From assembly GCA_036558285.1 (NCBI GenBank), contig DATBFW010000145.1, positions 19,214-83,213 on the forward strand: a stretch of 64,000 nucleotides of DNA, written 5' to 3'. The notes below the pieces were generated by a model. It saw only the letters and a list, made by a program, of their open reading frames with translations. It ran no database searches and was not told where the DNA came from. This stretch comes from Mycobacteriales bacterium. Its GTDB lineage: Bacteria > Actinomycetota > Actinomycetes > Mycobacteriales > CADCTP01. How positions within the stretch are numbered: position 1 is the stretch's first letter; each line of letters opens with the position of its first letter. Below, in pieces: positions 61,431 through 64,000 of the stretch. Both the position numbers and the translations under genes were made by a program.

Positions 61431-62285
61431 ATGTCGACCGACGAGAAGACGAGCCCGCTCTTCCCGTCGGCCATCCGGCGGGCGTACGACCTGCTGTTGG
61501 CCGGGGTGAGCCCGGGCAGCATCGCCGGCACCTGGAACGCGGCCGGCCTGCCGGCCGGGCCGGGCGGCGGCCCGGCGGCGACCGGACGGCGCGGGACCTG
61601 GACCGCCGACCGGGTCCGGGCCGTGCTCGGGGATCCCGGCCACGCCGGCGACCTGGTGGACGAGCCGACCTGGCGCGCGGCGACGGCACTGCTGTCGAAG
61701 CCGCCCCGGCACGGGTCGCCGGGCTCGGACCGGGCGCTGCTCACCGCGATCGCCTGCTGCGGACGGTGCGGGCGGCCGGTGCGGGCGGCGGTCGTCTCCC
61801 CCGCCCGGGTCGCGTACCAGTGCGGCGGCGGCGAGCACCGCATCCACCTGGCCCGTAGCTCCGCCCCGATCGATGCGCACGTCCGGCTGGAGGTGCTGGC
61901 CCGGCTGGATCGCCCCGGTGCGCCGGACGTGCTCGCCGACCGGCGTACTCCCGACCTGCCCGCGCTGGGCGCCCACTCGGCCGGGCTGCGGACCCGCCTG
62001 CAGCAGTCCCGGCCGGCCGCCGGCGGCGGGCTGGACGCGCAGCTGGCCGCCGTCGAGGACCAGATGATCGAGCACGCCGCCCGGGACCTGCCGGTCTCGC
62101 TCACCGGGGCCGACCCGCTCGACCATGCCTGGGACCGGCTCGCCGTCTCCCGCCAACGCGGGATCCTGCTCGCGCTGGCCGAGCGGATCGAGCTGCACCC
62201 GATCCCGCCGGGCCGGCGGGCCGGCGACCCGGACGTCCTCCGGCAGAGCGTGTTGATCACGTGGCTGGAGGAGCAGGCCGCGTAA
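61431..62285 (+). mobile_element. Large serine recombinase remnant: recombinase + zinc-ribbon + coiled-coil regions only, with no N-terminal resolvase catalytic domain
   Basis: IAGTWNAAGLP..RRGTWTADRVRAVLGDPGHAG (W..v..iL.np.Y.G pattern) and LLTAIACCGRCGRPV..VAYQCGG (zinc ribbon). The ORF starts at an ATG with a GGGAGG RBS, but the catalytic Ser region is absent in all frames upstream. Confidence 0.75.
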
Positions 62286-62364
62286 TGGGCTCGCCTCCGG
62301 GCGCTCTCCTCTGCGTACGGGTCGTCCGGGCGACCCCCCAACAGCCCGGTCCGGCCCGGCCGTC

Positions 62365-62412
62365 ACCGCTCGCGGGTTTCGTTGCCGAGGGACAGTGGAA
62401 CCCGCGAGCGGT
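62365..62412. other. Hairpin / inverted repeat with a 14-bp perfect stem ACCGCTCGCGGGTT / AACCCGCGAGCGGT and a 20-nt loop
   Basis: Seen directly, 80 nt after the recombinase-remnant stop and 81 nt before the hydrolase start. Could be a terminator or a recombination-site relic. Confidence 0.5.
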
Positions 62413-62492
62413 CCCGTGTCCTGGCCCCGCACAGGCCGCAGGTGGATGCTGGCCCCGCCGGCACGGACGGTGCCGGCCGTGGGGGCGAGCGG

Positions 62493-63344
62493 ATGCGGGT
62501 GCGGGTCAACGGGACCGAGCTGTGGTTCGACGTCGACGGACCCGGTCTCGTGCCGGACGGGCGCCGGATGCGGCGGCGGCCCACGGTCCTGGCCGTGCAC
62601 GGCGGCCCCGGCGGCTACGACCACTCCTACCTGGCGGCGCACTTCGCGCCGCTGACCGCGCACGCCCAGGTCGTCTACCTCGACCTGCGCGGGCACGGGC
62701 GGTCTGCGCGGACGCCCGTCCCGGACTGGACGTTCGAGGCCTGCGCGGACGACCTGGCCGCGTTCTGCGACACCGTCGGCATCGCCGACCCGGTGGTGCT
62801 CGGCCACTCGCTCGGCGGCTGCATCGCGCTGCTGTATGCGGCCCGCCACCCGGACCACCCGGCCGGGCTGGTGCTGCAGTCCACGATGGCCCGGTTCGAC
62901 CTGGACCGGATCTCCGCCGGCTTCGCCAGGGTCGCCGGCGCCGACGTCGCCGCGCTGGCCCGGCGCGACTACGGCGGCGACCCCGTCACGGACGAGGAGT
63001 GGTCGCGGGTGTTCGCCGCCTTCGGCCCGCGGGTCCCGGACGCCGACGAGCTGGCCCGCCGGGTCAGGAACCCGGAGCTGGGCGAGCACGGCATGGCGCT
63101 GCTGCGCCGCTTCGACGCGGTCGACCAGCTCGCCCGGATCCGCTGCCCGGTGCTGGTCTGCGTGGGCCGGGAGGACGCGGTCACCCCGGTCGAGGCCGCC
63201 CGCGAGATCGCCGACCACCTCGACCCCGCCACCACCAGGCTGGCGCTCCTCGACGACACCGGCCACTTCCCCTGGCTCGACCACCCCGACCGCTACTGGC
63301 CGCTGCTGACCGGGTGGCTGGCGGAGAACGGCGCCCGCGGGTGA
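62493..63344 (+). CDS. Alpha/beta hydrolase (prolyl aminopeptidase-like, S33-type)
   Basis: LAVHGGPGG (oxyanion HGGPG), LGHSLGG (nucleophile elbow), and a C-terminal ..DDTGHFPW (catalytic His region). Confidence 0.88.
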   Translation: MRVRVNGTELWFDVDGPGLVPDGRRMRRRPTVLAVHGGPGGYDHSYLAAHFAPLTAHAQVVYLDLRGHGRSARTPVPDWTFEACADDLAAFCDTVGIADPVVLGHSLGGCIALLYAARHPDHPAGLVLQSTMARFDLDRISAGFARVAGADVAALARRDYGGDPVTDEEWSRVFAAFGPRVPDADELARRVRNPELGEHGMALLRRFDAVDQLARIRCPVLVCVGREDAVTPVEAAREIADHLDPATTRLALLDDTGHFPWLDHPDRYWPLLTGWLAENGARG

Positions 63345-64000
63345 GGGCCAGGGTCCCGGTCGCGCTCGCCGTGCTCGGTGCGGTGCTGCTCTCGCTCGGG
63401 CTGTTGGCCGGCTCGGTGAACCGCGAGGTCCTCGACGGCGCGCGGTTCGCCGAGCACGTCGACACGGTACGCAAGGACCCGCTGGTCGCTGAGCGGGCCG
63501 GGCAGGCGATCACCGGCCGGCTGCTGATCGCCGACCCTGACCTGGTCGCGGTGCGGCCGCTGCTGGAGTCCGCGGCCACCTCGCTGGTGGGCAGCCCGAC
63601 CTTCGGGCCGGTGGTCCGGCTCGCGGCGCGGCAGGCGCACCAGGCGATGACCAACGACGACCCGACGCAGATCGTGCTGCGGCTGGCCGACCTCGGCGTG
63701 GTGCTGGCCGGGGTGCTCCGGGCGGTGGCGCCGGCCGAGGCGGCGAAGATCCCGCCCGACCTCAACCTCACCCTGGCCGAGCTCGGTGCGCAGACGCCGG
63801 CCGCGGACACGCTCCGGCTGATCCGGACCGTCGGCCTGCTGTCCTGGCTGTTCCCGCTGCTGGCGCTGGTCGCGTTCGGGGTGGCGGTCGGCATCGGCAC
63901 CGACCGGCGGCAGGAAACGGTGACCGTCGGCCGCGGCATCCTCGCCGCCGGCGTCGTCGTCGGCGTGGTGGCGGTCGCGGCTCGCATCGCCGCCGCCGCG
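63341..64000 (+). CDS. Membrane protein of unknown function, 3' end beyond the window
   Basis: Not in the ORF track (no stop in the window). GTG overlaps the hydrolase stop (GTGA). The open frame covers all 220 codons: VRARVPVALAVLGAVLLSLGLLAG..LLSWLFPLLALVAFGVAV..ILAAGVVVGVVAVAA. Confidence 0.6.
   Translation, partial: MRARVPVALAVLGAVLLSLGLLAGSVNREVLDGARFAEHVDTVRKDPLVAERAGQAITGRLLIADPDLVAVRPLLESAATSLVGSPTFGPVVRLAARQAHQAMTNDDPTQIVLRLADLGVVLAGVLRAVAPAEAAKIPPDLNLTLAELGAQTPAADTLRLIRTVGLLSWLFPLLALVAFGVAVGIGTDRRQETVTVGRGILAAGVVVGVVAVAARIAAAA

Overview
This is a high-GC, actinomycete-type chromosomal segment, gene-dense on both strands. I call about 70 credible protein genes and see no rRNA, tRNA or CRISPR array. 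The content looks accessory. It includes two secreted glycoside hydrolases (GH9; GH30 with a CBM32-like domain) and a very dense regulator set. The regulators are four ECF sigma factors (three with anti-sigma partners, one ECF41-like), SARP/AfsR, MarR, AraC, TetR, ArsR, MerR, a LuxR solo, a NarL-type response regulator and two REC-only proteins. Signalling proteins include a kinase-domain-only Ser/Thr kinase, a 1638-aa kinase-like/STAND/GAF/histidine-kinase fusion, a DosS/DevS-like GAF-GAF kinase and a GGDEF-EAL protein. Redox proteins include a DoxX-Rieske fusion, a REC-flavoprotein fusion, dodecin, flavodoxin, an Acg-type nitroreductase and a cytochrome b. At least ten genes are decayed: arylsulfatase, MFS fragment, response-regulator remnant, split MetE-like gene, cupredoxin with an in-frame TAG, cyclase fragment, DyP peroxidase, truncated serine recombinase, and possibly a shortened ThDP enzyme and a DHp-only fragment. 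The most interesting signals fall outside the ORF track. (1) A 21-codon, 9-cysteine micro-ORF with its own RBS and terminator lies directly downstream of a metal-type MerR regulator. (2) A CTAG-centred 16-bp palindrome (consensus TTCCGGCTAGCCGGAA) recurs seven times in the first 30 kb, mostly in promoter regions of signalling genes. (3) Three of those copies extend into a conserved module of about 70 nt at a fixed distance from start codons. (4) A 12-nt x10 tandem array fills the divergent promoter of the SARP gene. (5) Several enzymes lack hallmark catalytic motifs: a HAL-like protein without Ala-Ser-Gly, a TrxR-like protein without CxxC, and a kinase domain with GFG in place of DFG. All functional calls rest on motif recognition by eye, and no database search was run.
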